A stretch of 64,000 nucleotides of DNA from an uncultured bacterium (GCA_963710755.1 CAVQBK010000003.1:1403108-1467107), one strand, 5' to 3'; positions 18,959 to 29,561 are shown, counted from the first letter of the stretch. The notes: generated by a model from the letters alone, not told the origin. Translations and numbers: made by a program.

Positions 18959-19885
18959 ATGAGTAAACAGCTATGGACACTGGCAAATATGCCTGATTTG
19001 AAAGGCAAGATCATGATCGTTACCGGGGCCAACAGCGGTCTGGGGTTGGAGGCCACCAAAGCCTTAGCCGCCAAAGGTGCCCATGTGGTGATGGCCTGCC
19101 GCAATCTTGCCAGGGCCGAACAGGCCAAAACAAAAATTATTAGCACATATCCTCAAGCTGAACTAAAGCCCATGGCCTTGGACCTGATGGACTTAGCCTC
19201 AATTAAAACCTTTGCCACACAATTTCAAAGTACCTATAAACGGCTGGATGTGCTTCTGAACAATGCAGGCATTATGATGGTGCCTTATGGGCTGACCAAG
19301 AATGGTTTTGAAAGCCAGCTGGGCACCAACCATCTCGGCCATTTTGTTCTGACCGGACTGCTCTTGCCCGTGCTTTTTGATACACCGCAAGCGAGGGTGG
19401 TCAATGTAGCCAGCATGGCCCACCGCTTTGGAAAAATGGATTTTAACAACCTGCAATTTGCCGGCGGCAAAGGTTATTCATCCATGCGGGCCTATGGCCG
19501 GTCCAAACTGGCCAACCTTTTGTTTACCTATGAATTGCAACGTTACTTTGAAACGCAGGGTAAAAATTGCCTGGCCGTGGCCGCCCACCCCGGTGTGGCC
19601 AATACCCATCTGGCCAGATCATTGGAGCACAAATGGTGGTACAAGGTTTTCAGACCTTTGGCTGACCAAATAATGCAGGATGCAGCCACAGGGGCGCTGC
19701 CGGAAATACGGGCGGCTGTGGACCCCGAGGTCAAGGGCGGACAGTACTATGGTCCCAAAGGCTTTAGAGAGATGGCCGGCCTGCCTGTGCTGGTGTCGTC
19801 CAACGCGGCCTCGCACAGCCTGGAAGATGCCCAACGGTTATGGCAAATTTCCGAGGAATTAACGGGTGTGGCCTATCCCCGATAA
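18959..19885 (+). CDS. SDR oxidoreductase (retinol dehydrogenase-like)
   Basis: TGANSGLG, NNAG, NHLGHF, YGRSK. Confidence 0.95.
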   Translation: MSKQLWTLANMPDLKGKIMIVTGANSGLGLEATKALAAKGAHVVMACRNLARAEQAKTKIISTYPQAELKPMALDLMDLASIKTFATQFQSTYKRLDVLLNNAGIMMVPYGLTKNGFESQLGTNHLGHFVLTGLLLPVLFDTPQARVVNVASMAHRFGKMDFNNLQFAGGKGYSSMRAYGRSKLANLLFTYELQRYFETQGKNCLAVAAHPGVANTHLARSLEHKWWYKVFRPLADQIMQDAATGALPEIRAAVDPEVKGGQYYGPKGFREMAGLPVLVSSNAASHSLEDAQRLWQISEELTGVAYPR

Positions 19886-19920
19886 AAAATCGGTTTGATA
19901 TAAGGACCCAGTTGGTTGAG

Positions 19921-19989
19921 GTGGGGGCTAAAGGTTTGCCCTAAGCCTTGGACGGTCAATGTAGGGCACAGGCATGTCGGTACCCTACA
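19921..19989. repeat. Degenerate GTAG-family REP-like palindromes between convergent genes
   Basis: tgtagggcacaggcatgtcggtaccctaca (19960-19989), preceded by gtgggggctaaaggtttgccct. Confidence 0.5.
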
Positions 19990-20063
19990 AAGGCATTTAT
20001 TTCGATGCTGCATAACGAATTATTTTAGGGTCTTTCGACCAAAGCAGTCTTTCCGAGAAGAAC

Positions 20064-20414
20064 CTAGTTATAAAAATTAGTCCCTTGGTCATGACTTAAT
20101 TTTTCCCGCCAGATGGCTTTAAGCGTGGCCAGATCCTCGCTGTAATCGGTTTTGCTTTCATCCTTGGCATAGGGCAGTTGGTCGAGGACCTCGAATTGAA
20201 AAGCAGCCTTATTGCTTTTCCAGGCTTGTTGCAACGCCTGATTGGGATGATTGCCGAAATCCAATTGGAACTTGGCCCGGTTAAAAGTACTCTTAAGGTC
20301 ACTGCTGGCTTCGAGAAAACAGGTGTTGGTCTCGCTGTTTTTGATAACATAGACACCCATGTCGGGCTTCATCTGCTTGTATTTTTCCTTCAGCTCTTTA
20401 TGCCGTTGGTTCAC
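20064..20414 (-). CDS. Small GIY-YIG-like family protein
   Basis: KELKEKYKQ..MGVYVIKN, F.LDFGNHPN..LQ..W, F.FEVL; GTG start at 20414. Confidence 0.85.
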   Translation of the reverse strand: MNQRHKELKEKYKQMKPDMGVYVIKNSETNTCFLEASSDLKSTFNRAKFQLDFGNHPNQALQQAWKSNKAAFQFEVLDQLPYAKDESKTDYSEDLATLKAIWREKLSHDQGTNFYN

Positions 20415-20619
20415 GCGGTATTCACCTTTCCACCCCAAGGGTATAGGTTGTGAGCAGGATGGTCTTGATTATGGACCACCGTGATCGCCTTTGTCCATCT
20501 TCATTTCAAAACACAATTAAGAGGTAAAATAAAACCAGTTCCTTTATAATAGTGTGACACCAACAGGGTAATAGACCATAGTCACCGATTGCCGATGTCA
20601 GCAACAAGGGGAGGAGCAC

Positions 20620-21135
20620 ATGAAGGCTATGACAAGATGGTCAAGCGCTCTGGTGCTGTTAATGCTTACGGCTTGTGCCTATAATCCTGCCTTGATTCAC
20701 CAAACTGCGGCACCCGAAGACGTAGCCGTTAAATTCTGGGAATATAACTTTCATCAGGAATTTGAAAAAGCCTATTATTTGTTAGGCCGTGATTTGCGGC
20801 AGCAAACGTCTAAAGATGCCTATATGGCCTCCATGAAATTATTGTTCATCGGACTGGCCACCGCCTATGGTAACAATAATCAACAATTTTTTAAAAGCCT
20901 TATGAAAAGCATTAAGTTTAAGGCCGTTGAGACTAAACTCTCGGCTGTGCTGGCTAAAGTCAAAGTGGCTTCCGACCTCAGCAGCTTTTTGGTATTCACC
21001 ACTCAGGACAAGGTGGAGGCCATGGAAAAAGACATCGGGTATTTCAACGTCATTCTCAGCCGGGACGAGTTGGAAGGTTGGCGTATCCAGATGATGGATC
21101 AACAAGAGGAAGAAATTGATGAAAACACTATATAA
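20620..21135 (+). CDS. Hypothetical lipoprotein (NTF2-like/DUF4878-like pattern)
   Basis: LTAC lipobox; PEDVAVKFW..FEKAY.LL and terminal GWRI pattern. Confidence 0.7.
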   Translation: MKAMTRWSSALVLLMLTACAYNPALIHQTAAPEDVAVKFWEYNFHQEFEKAYYLLGRDLRQQTSKDAYMASMKLLFIGLATAYGNNNQQFFKSLMKSIKFKAVETKLSAVLAKVKVASDLSSFLVFTTQDKVEAMEKDIGYFNVILSRDELEGWRIQMMDQQEEEIDENTI

Positions 21136-21242
21136 TCTTTGGCCAAAGGTAAAAGACAATAAATGGTTTGTCCCTGCCCAAGACCATCTTAAGGGGTCCA
21201 TTAAGCGCAAGTAAGTGACCAAGGGAAAAGAGGTGAGCGGTC

Positions 21243-21716
21243 ATGCAGAAAATAGCACCTTGTTTATGGTTTGACCGTCAAGCTGAAGAGGCCGTGCAGT
21301 TTTATACTTCGCTTTTTATAAAATCAAAAATACTGAATAAAACTTATTATGGTGAGGGAGCACCGCTGCCCAGGGGAAGCGTGCTGACGATCAACTTCGA
21401 ACTGGAAGGCCAGGAATTCATAGCCTTAAATGGAGGACAGACTTTCCAATACACACCGGCCATCTCCCTTTTCGTGAATTGTGCTTTCCAGGCCGAAGTG
21501 GATGAGTTGTGGGAAAAGCTCTCCCAGGGCGGAGCCAAAGGCCAATGCGGGTGGTTGACAGATAAATATGGGGTATCCTGGCAGATTGTGCCTGAAGCCT
21601 TGCGCGCCATGCTGCTGGACAAGGATCCTGAAAAAACCAACCGGGTCTTGCAGGCCTTGCTTCCGATGACCAAACTGGATTTGGCAACCCTGCAAAAAGC
21701 CTATGATCAGGCTTAA
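21243..21716 (+). CDS. VOC/PhnB-like (3-demethylubiquinone-9 3-methyltransferase domain) protein
   Basis: PCLWFD, FIALNGG, CGWLTDKYGVSWQI. Confidence 0.93.
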   Translation: MQKIAPCLWFDRQAEEAVQFYTSLFIKSKILNKTYYGEGAPLPRGSVLTINFELEGQEFIALNGGQTFQYTPAISLFVNCAFQAEVDELWEKLSQGGAKGQCGWLTDKYGVSWQIVPEALRAMLLDKDPEKTNRVLQALLPMTKLDLATLQKAYDQA

Positions 21717-21845
21717 CCCAAGGACATCAACAGCACTTCAGGGAGTACCAGAGCTTCAATCCTGGGGAGCTAAGGAGAGGGTAGTGGATGCCCTCAGCGC
21801 TGGTTATTCATCCGGCTAAAGAATACGGAAAAGGCAGGTGGCCTA

Positions 21846-22684
21846 ATGCAAGCAAAATTCAACCTTTTCGGAAATAAAAAAAAACAACGGCTTGGGTTAA
21901 CGCTTGGCGGCGGCGGGGCCAGGGGAATAGCGCATATTGCCTTTCTGAAGGTGCTCGATGAATTGGAAATTCGGCCGGCCGTTATATCGGGTACCAGCAT
22001 AGGCGCGCTCATCGGCGCGCTCTATGCTTCCGGACAAAGCGGTTCGGCGCTGGAGCAGATATTTAAAGAATTGAATTATTTGGACTTGGTTACCCTGGTG
22101 GATTTTAAATGGCTGCACGCCAATGATGGGCTCATCGGAGGAGATAAAATCTTCAAAACGTTAAGCCAGCTTACGGGTAACAAGCGATTTGAAGATCTGA
22201 CCATTCCCCTGCGGATCATTGCCACCGATTTTCGGAGACAAGCGGAAGTGCTGTTTAAAACAGGCGAGTTGATCGAAGCGGTACGTGCCAGTATTTCTTT
22301 GCCCGGCATTTTTGAACCGGTTATCAAGGATGGACGGGTGCTGGTCGACGGCGGGATCGTCAATTCCTTACCCTATGAATGCATCCGTGATGAGTGTGAT
22401 GTGTTGGCGGCGATTAATGTTTTTGGAGAGTCCCTCCCCGAAAGCGATACCCCCAAAAAACCAAAACTTTTTGAAGCCATTTTTATGGCTTTTCACATTA
22501 TGGAAAGCGCCACTTTGGAATTGAAATTAGCCGGTCCAAACCGGATGTTTATTTTAAACCCCAATTAGCCAATATTGATCTCCTGGCATTCAATAAGATA
22601 ACCGATATCCTCGACAGCGTCCAGCCCGATGCCGGGAAATTTAAAGATTATTTAATGGAAAACAGGGAGCGCTTTAAGGACTAG
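21846..22684 (+). pseudogene. Patatin-like phospholipase with a frameshift near the 3' end (real or sequencing error)
   Basis: GGGARG, GTSIG, DGG motifs. The ORF stops at 22568, but a family-like tail PDVYFKPQLANIDLLAF continues in another frame from about 22532 to TAG 22684. Confidence 0.75.
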
Positions 22685-22757
22685 CGCGCCCATAAGCCGC
22701 CTTGATTGGCAAAGGTTTTCCAGATGGCAACTATGGGCGGTAGAGAAGGAGGGAACC

Positions 22758-23177
22758 ATGCAGATGATCCACAGTTGTCCGGTTTGTTCCAACCCGGCGG
22801 TGAAGGTGCAGGTGGAAACGGTTGCCAATCTGCTTAAGGACGGTAAAATGAAAACCGGGTTTGATGACAAGGCCCATTACCGGATTTGCACCAATCCCGG
22901 ATGCGCCGTGTCCTATTTCAACAATAACACGATCTATGACACGCAAGATATCAAGGTGCCCTTATGGTTTAAAAAACCAAAAGAGGCGGACGTGCTTATT
23001 TGTTATTGTTCTGGTCTGACAAGGGGTGACATCATTAATGCGGTGCGGAACGGTTGTGACAGCCTGGCGGCGGTACGGGCCTTTACCAAGAAAACCCTTA
23101 CCGGCCAATGTTTAAGAAAAAATCCGCTGGGGAAATGCTGTCATGAGGTTGTTTTGAACATCATCAAAAATCATTAA
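22758..23177 (+). CDS. CopZ-like Zn-binding / BFD-like [2Fe-2S] protein
   Basis: CPVC, C..PGC.VSYF, ICYC, C..KNPLGKCC. Confidence 0.88.
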   Translation: MQMIHSCPVCSNPAVKVQVETVANLLKDGKMKTGFDDKAHYRICTNPGCAVSYFNNNTIYDTQDIKVPLWFKKPKEADVLICYCSGLTRGDIINAVRNGCDSLAAVRAFTKKTLTGQCLRKNPLGKCCHEVVLNIIKNH

Positions 23178-23273
23178 TCCTTAAGATGAAGTTATTATTA
23201 CCGGAAATGATCGCGAGGGTATTTATGGATCGCGATTTTGCATTGTAAATGATAAAAAGTGCGCAGGAGGAAA

Positions 23274-23996
23274 ATGATGAACAAAGAATCCATATGGTCA
23301 TCGGCGATTTTGGGAATTGCCATTGGCTTGGGGGTGGCTCTGGCCGGCCTGAGCATTGGGTCAGCGCTTTACCAGCTTAAAGCCAGTCAGCGCTATGTGA
23401 CGGTCAAAGGTCTGGCTGAGAAAACCGTTCGTGCTGATCTGGCCATCTGGCCGATCAGTTTTCAGACTGTGGGCAATGAACTTGTTCCCGTGCAGAACCG
23501 CATGGAGAGCAACCGCAATAACACCGTGGCTTTCTTGAAAAAACTGGGATTTGATGATCAGGAGATATCTTTTTCCGCGCCCCTGATCAGGGATACGGGC
23601 ACGGAAGTGGCTTATGGCGGCAAAGCACCTAAATACCAGTATGTTGCCCAAACCAGTGTGGTGGTGCGGTCCGATAAAATTGATCTGGTTAAAAGCGGAG
23701 CGGAAAAATTAGGCGCTTTGATTCACCAGGGCATCATCCTGATGCCTGCAAATTGGGAAAACAAGACCAGCTACAGCTTTACCAAACTCAACGATATCAA
23801 ACCGGACATGATCAGGCAGGCCACCTTGAATGCCCGGGAAGCAGCCAGTCAGTTTGCCAAGGACTCAGGGAGCAAGGTGGGCGCCATCCGCAACGCCAGC
23901 CAGGGGTACTTTACCATTGAAGATCGGGATGCCAATTCACCGGATTGGAAGAAGATCAGGGTGGTGACCACGATTGAGTATTTTTTACGGAAATAA
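23274..23996 (+). CDS. SIMPL (DUF541) domain protein
   Basis: RYVTVKGLAE, ADLAIW, KPDMI..AT.NAR.AA.QFA.DS, KKIRVVTT. Confidence 0.93.
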   Translation: MMNKESIWSSAILGIAIGLGVALAGLSIGSALYQLKASQRYVTVKGLAEKTVRADLAIWPISFQTVGNELVPVQNRMESNRNNTVAFLKKLGFDDQEISFSAPLIRDTGTEVAYGGKAPKYQYVAQTSVVVRSDKIDLVKSGAEKLGALIHQGIILMPANWENKTSYSFTKLNDIKPDMIRQATLNAREAASQFAKDSGSKVGAIRNASQGYFTIEDRDANSPDWKKIRVVTTIEYFLRK

Positions 23997-24163
23997 TCGC
24001 GAGCTGAAAAAGTAAAGTGAAAAGTTTGCTTGTAAGCTTGAGGGTGAAGGATTAAAATAATCTATGATTAAAGATCATAAATGAAATTGGTCAAACCAAG
24101 GGGAAGGAGTGTAATTGAGATATTAAAATTTAAATGAAATGCATTATCTCTCGGGGGGAAGAT

Positions 24164-25141
24164 ATGGCATTTGAAAAAAACATTGCACCTGCTGTTTTAC
24201 CTACTAGTAAGCCTGCTTATAATCATTTACCTGCCAATATAAAACCAAGTGCCCTTTCAATTGATATAACCAATTCTTGTAATTTACGTTGCAAACATTG
24301 CTTTTGGGAAGAATACAGTCATGATCATAGAGATAATTTGACATTGATAAATGATGCTAAAAATATTTGCACCCAATATTCAAGCATTACCAATATCACC
24401 TGGTATGGTGGAGAACCATTATTAAATACCAGAATAAAAGCATTACTTTATCATGGCATAAATACGCTCAATAAAAAAAATAATTTAATTGTTACCAATG
24501 GGACTCATGAAATACCCGATTGGAAAAATAATGTTCATTTTGCAGTCTCTTTGGACGGGGATAAAACAATGCATGATTATTTAAGAGGTGAAGGTGTATA
24601 CGCTTTAGCAAAGAAGAGCATAAAAAGTGCATTGGATCGTGAAGTGCCAGTCGGGCTGATTTATTGTATTAATAAATTAAATATGTTCAGAATCAAGCAT
24701 TTCCTTGAAGAATGGTCAAATTACAATCTTGAAGGTATTGTGTTAACGTTCTATGTGCCATTAAGAAATAAATCGGCCGAGCTAATTTTGACGGATGAAG
24801 ATCAGGATCAGCTAAGCGACATGCTTATCAAATTGAAAAACGAATACGGAAAAATTATTTACAATAGCGATAGGATGTTAGAATTAATTAAATCTAAATA
24901 CAACGATCATTTCGACAAGCAATGTCCTATGAATGCTAAAGATAATAATGTGACGTCATTGCATATGTGCAATGACGGGACCATACGTATACCGTGCGCT
25001 TTAGGACCGGAAGCGGATTGCAAAAAATGCAGGTCTGTCACGGCCACCGCCTTATATGCCGGCTTAATTGATAACGACCGTTCATCAAAATTGGCCTTGT
25101 ATCGGATGTATCATTCTAAAAGCCATGCTAAACAGCTTTAA
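24164..25141 (+). CDS. Radical SAM protein with a C-terminal Cys cluster
   Basis: CNLRCKHC, GGEP, TNG, VSLDG..HD..RG.G; C-terminal CP..C..C..C..C; markedly AT-rich. Start at ATG 24164 after GGGGGA. Confidence 0.9.
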   Translation: MAFEKNIAPAVLPTSKPAYNHLPANIKPSALSIDITNSCNLRCKHCFWEEYSHDHRDNLTLINDAKNICTQYSSITNITWYGGEPLLNTRIKALLYHGINTLNKKNNLIVTNGTHEIPDWKNNVHFAVSLDGDKTMHDYLRGEGVYALAKKSIKSALDREVPVGLIYCINKLNMFRIKHFLEEWSNYNLEGIVLTFYVPLRNKSAELILTDEDQDQLSDMLIKLKNEYGKIIYNSDRMLELIKSKYNDHFDKQCPMNAKDNNVTSLHMCNDGTIRIPCALGPEADCKKCRSVTATALYAGLIDNDRSSKLALYRMYHSKSHAKQL

Positions 25142-25242
25142 ATATATGATTGAGGAAAAACTATCGCAAAATAATAACCTTAAAAATAAAGGCTGAAATT
25201 ATTTTGGATCTATGTTTCAGCAATACTTTTATCTTCAATTCG

Positions 25243-25365
25243 ATCAAATTCCCTGGAAGCCGGATCGCCTGTTTTTTGCGGGCTTGTCCGGGATGACAAG
25301 CGAACGGAAGCGCCTAGTAAATCGTCATACCGGTATGATTGAAGCCGGAATCCAGGGATTTTGAT
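25243..25365. repeat. REP/MITE-like imperfect inverted-repeat element (GTCA..CCGG..TCCA type)
   Basis: Outer IR atcaaattccctgga / tccagggattttgat (14/15); inner ccgggatgac / gtcataccgg; GC-rich patch within AT-rich DNA. Confidence 0.6.
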
Positions 25366-25649
25366 TCTAAATCTTCGCGGCTTGAAGTTTAGTCGCCCTT
25401 GGCCATTGCAGGCGATTTCACAGATCAACATCCAGGTCGGTTTTTCGCCAATCCGTTGTACATTATCCCGGTCCAGGGACATCCACCCTTCAAATCATCC
25501 GTTTTTAATTCGATAATGCTTCCAATATCGCATCGATTTCTTTGGTTTATGGGGAGAACTATACCGCAATTTGGACTTAATAATTCATCCTTTGATGACG
25601 AATATAAAATAGAGCTTTTAAATATCCATAAGTCAATAGGAGTTTGGTT

Positions 25650-26192
25650 ATGCCTGGATACAAAGGATCAGCATTAATTACTTTGAAAAAAATCTTTCGG
25701 AAATACGATGCTGAACTGGAAAAGAAATTCATCAGTTCTATGACTCCGGAAGAATTAGCTGTCTACGAGCGTATCTTGCCAAGTGTGTGGTATCCAATTG
25801 ATACGGCTACTAGCCTATATGAAAAGGCCGTAAAAGTACTCTACCCGGTACCTAAACAGGGGCTTGTGGAAATAGGCAAAGAAATTGCTGTCGACAATTT
25901 GAATAGCGTTTACAGGGTATTAGTGCGTGTTGCTACTGCGCCTTATGTTATCAAGCAGGCGGCCCTATTCTGGAAAACTTACCACCAAAAAGGACAAGCG
26001 TGGGTTGAAAATATTTCGGATAAAAAATTGATCTTTAATGTTAGAGATTATCCCGAGTTGCCCGTCCTTATAAGGGAAATGGTAAGAGGATTCATTATTG
26101 GACTATTGGAACAGACTAAAGCATTTAATGTTCAAGTTACGCAGGTAACCACCAGTGACGATCCGTGGAAATGGGAAGTCACATGGAGTTAA
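25650..26192 (+). CDS. Hypothetical protein, DUF2378/HNOX-V4R-like pattern
   Basis: KG.A, WYP, G..IA.DNL..VYR, W..YH..G, terminal W.VTW; AGGAG RBS. Confidence 0.65.
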   Translation: MPGYKGSALITLKKIFRKYDAELEKKFISSMTPEELAVYERILPSVWYPIDTATSLYEKAVKVLYPVPKQGLVEIGKEIAVDNLNSVYRVLVRVATAPYVIKQAALFWKTYHQKGQAWVENISDKKLIFNVRDYPELPVLIREMVRGFIIGLLEQTKAFNVQVTQVTTSDDPWKWEVTWS

Positions 26193-26325
26193 TTCTGTCG
26201 TGGTGCCAGCCATTGTTTCAAAAAAAGGATTTTTCGTCATATGTGCTTCAATGTGTTTGAAAATTTAGCGATTATATTGGCCTAGGAATATTGCCTCGGT
26301 GTCAGCCGCTAGGTCACCATCAGCC

Positions 26326-28828
26326 CTATTTATATTTGACATATTTCTTATTCCCCGGATCATCGGGCCAGGGATGTTTGGGGTATTTGGCTTCGAATTG
26401 CTTCTTAATTCCCGGGTAAGTGGTCTCCCAAAAATTGGCCAGATCGCGGGTCAGCTGGATGGTGCGGTTGGCCGGGCTCAGGATGTCCAGCATAAGCGGC
26501 TGGCCGGCCACCGTGGGTGTGGTCCGGCAGCCGAAAAACTCCTGCACTCGCGCCGACAATTTAGGCACTTCGCCACTGGTGTAATTCACCATTTTTTTGA
26601 AACCTGCCGGCAGGCGGAGGATGTCCGGGGCCAGCTCATTGAGCCTGGCCAAACGGGCCTCGCCCAGGTAGAGTTTCAAGCCATGAAGCAAGTTTTGCTC
26701 ATTCCAAACCTCAGTGCCGTTCCATCGTCCTGCCGGCAGAAGCCATTGAGCGGCATTGGCTAATAAGTGTTCATCATCAAAAGCAGGCCAGTCTTTGACT
26801 TGCCCTGATTTTTCGAGAAACCGGCAGCGGGCCAGAAAATTTTCAGAAACCGCATTCCAGGGCAGTTGCTCCAGACCTTTTTCCCGCATCCGGGCCAGCG
26901 CTTTGTCCTGGAGCACGGCTTGTCCGGCAAAGCGCCGGGCTGATCTTTAAGCGCAATGGCGCCGATCTTCAATTCCGACTTGCATTTGGGCGTCCACCCT
27001 TTCCAACTGATGCTCCAGAACACTTGTGGCGTAACGGCCGCATGGGCCAGGATATCCTTCTGGGTAATAGGCGCAGCGGAAAAGACCCTGGCATTTTGTT
27101 CCCCGCCGTCCAGATCGGCAATGACGACAAACTCTTCTCTTGCCATCGTTCCTTTGAGCAAAGCCCCCCGGCCGGAGGCCAGCAGGCAGCGTGATGTGGC
27201 CGGATCGTCGATCCGGGTGCGTTTGGCCAGCCGATCAGGATAGGCTGACAAGAGCACATTACCCCGGCCGCAGCTTCGGGTCTGATGGTCATGGTACGCC
27301 TGCGGGTGACAGTCGGTTCCGCCCAGCGTTTGTAAAAACGGCGGCATTCTTCCATAAGGCGCTTAAAGCCGGCATGATGATGTTGGTGGCTTTGGCCTTT
27401 GATCCAGTCCTCCACCTGCTCCAGGTGATCGCGAAAATCGAGATTTGCCGGGAAGAAAAGTCATCGCTCTCCAGCAAAGCGGCGGTCACTATGGCCGTAT
27501 CCCCCAAAGCGGGACCTGGAAAGTCGAGAATCATCTGGGCCAGCCGGGGATGAAGGGCAAAGCGGCTGGCCTTGCGCCCCAGGGGCGTAATGCCTCCGCT
27601 AAGCGTTAATCAGGCCCAAGTCTTTTAACAATCCCAGAGCTTGGCTGTAAGGCGCCGGTGGAGGCGGGGTGAGCCAGGTAAGCTCTTCGGCGGAAGTCCC
27701 CCAGGCCGCGATATGCAGAGCCAGGGGTGCAAGATCAGCCTCCGCAATTTCAGGCAGGGCAAAAGGCTCGTGGAAATCGGACTGATGCCACCAGCGCAAA
27801 CATAGGCCTGGTCCAAGCCGTCCGGCCCGTCCCTTGCGCTGCTCGGCGGAGGCCATGCTGATGGGCAGGGTGTCCCAATGGTCCAAGCCGGTGCGCGGCA
27901 AAAACCGCACTCTCCTCTCCAGACCAATATCCACCACGGCTTTGACGCCGGGTATGGTTAGACTGGTTTCCGCCACATTGGTAGAGAGGATGATGCGGCG
28001 GCCTGTGGCTTTGATCGGGATCGAGCACATCCGTTGTTCCTGCGGGGCCATCTGGCCGTGCAACAAATGAAGCTCCACAGCCAGGGCACGCATGTTATGG
28101 CCAGCAGGGACCGGGCTTGGTGCATTTCATAAGTAGCCGGGCAAAAAGCACAGCACCGTTGCCTGGGCAGGGGCCTTAAGGTTCTGCAGGGCTTCCAGGC
28201 AGAGCCTGGCCGCTCCTTGCCAGGGTTTTTCCTGAGGCGACAAAGGTGGGCGATAGGTGACCTCCACCGGATGAGAAGGTGCCTGCACTTCCAGTAATGG
28301 AAAATCGGGGAAAACCGTCAGCAGTTCCTGGGAGGGCAAGGTAGCTGAGAGCAAAGCAATGGCCAGATCAGGGCGCTGCTGTTGCCGCGTAGCCCAAGCC
28401 AGGGACAGGCCCAGGTCACCATGTAAACTGCGCGTATGGAATTCATCAAAGAGCAGGGCGCCGTATCCGTCCAGATGGTGGTTGTGCTGCAGCATGGGAA
28501 TCAAGACCCCTTCAGTGATGACCTCCAGGCGGGTATTAGAACTTACCAAAGTCTCCAACCGCGTGCGCAGGCCCACGGTTTGACCGGGCTTTTCACCCAG
28601 CAGGTGGCTGATGCGGTTGGCAGCCGCCCGGGCCGCCAGGCGGCGCGGCTCGAGAAGGATGATTTTTTTATCTTGGAATTCAGGCCGCGAAAGCAAAGCC
28701 CAGGGCAGCAGTGTGGTTTTGCCGGCACCGGGAGCAGCCGAGAGCAGGAGCAATCCTTTTTGGATAAACGTATTGGTGATGTGATCGAGATGGCTATAAA
28801 TGGGCAGTGACTTTATGGTATCTGTCAT
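26326..28828 (-). pseudogene. hrpB: ATP-dependent RNA helicase HrpB, multiply frameshifted
   Basis: Colinear motifs across at least 5 ORF pieces: APGAGKTT, EPRRLAAR, DEFH, SAT, FLPG, STNVAETSLTI, QRKGRAGR, HPRLA, AYPDR, LSPANR.IQLTRDL..FW..Y, YPKHPWP. Confidence 0.9.
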
Positions 28829-28942
28829 AGGCCTTAAACAGAGAATCCTTTCCAGGAGTATAAACAAAATGCCGTATTCAAGGATTACACAAATTAAACC
28901 ATAAAAAACTAAGGCAATCTGGAATTGTGCATTATCATTGCT

Positions 28943-29338
28943 CTAACCTTTGACCACCCAGGTTTTGGCGGCTTCCGGATCCTCAAAGAAACGGACCGGA
29001 TAGCCAAGCTTTTTGAGCCTAAAGGTCAGTTTGAATTTTGGCCACCAGGGCATGCCCACCAAGGCTATACGGGTGACATGGCCTTGCAATTGTAGCAAAT
29101 GGGCTGTTAGCCCGGCCAGCACCGGTTGGTTAAAAGAGGTTTTATAACAATCGATCCAAATATTTAGGGCCACGGGCTTGGACAGAATGAAGTCACGCTC
29201 CTGTTCCATCAGGGAAAGGAGGACTGTACTATGGCTGCCAAATCCGCCGTATTTCAAACAATGAAGCTCTCCATTTTTATAATAATAAGGATAGGTGGAT
29301 CCGCCGGGCGATAAGACCATAATAGTCTCCTTGGGCAA
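28943..29338 (-). CDS. Hypothetical protein, SpoIIAA/STAS-SEC14-like
   Basis: RIALVG ... FFEDPEAAKTWV C-terminal pattern; the TTG start is uncertain. Confidence 0.65.
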   Translation of the reverse strand: MPKETIMVLSPGGSTYPYYYKNGELHCLKYGGFGSHSTVLLSLMEQERDFILSKPVALNIWIDCYKTSFNQPVLAGLTAHLLQLQGHVTRIALVGMPWWPKFKLTFRLKKLGYPVRFFEDPEAAKTWVVKG

Positions 29339-29561
29339 GTCGGGAGGGCGCTGGGGACTCTCTGGCGGTCATCATCGCACTTTTAGCATGCCCTGTCAAT
29401 GCGAGCTAGTTTTCACTTGTCAAGGGTTGGTCGCAGGACTAGAATAAGGCACGCCGATCAGGACTAGGCCTCAGATCACGATGGCCGGTACTTCAACAAT
29501 CATTTTGTGCATTTTTCGACCAATGCAAAATGAGTTGTCATCAATAGGATTGAGGCTAATC

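Noticed and set aside
24081-24137. Short ORF MKLVKPRGRSVIEILKFK as a RiPP precursor for the radical SAM
   Set aside because: No RBS, no precursor-like motif, and no transporter or protease in the island.
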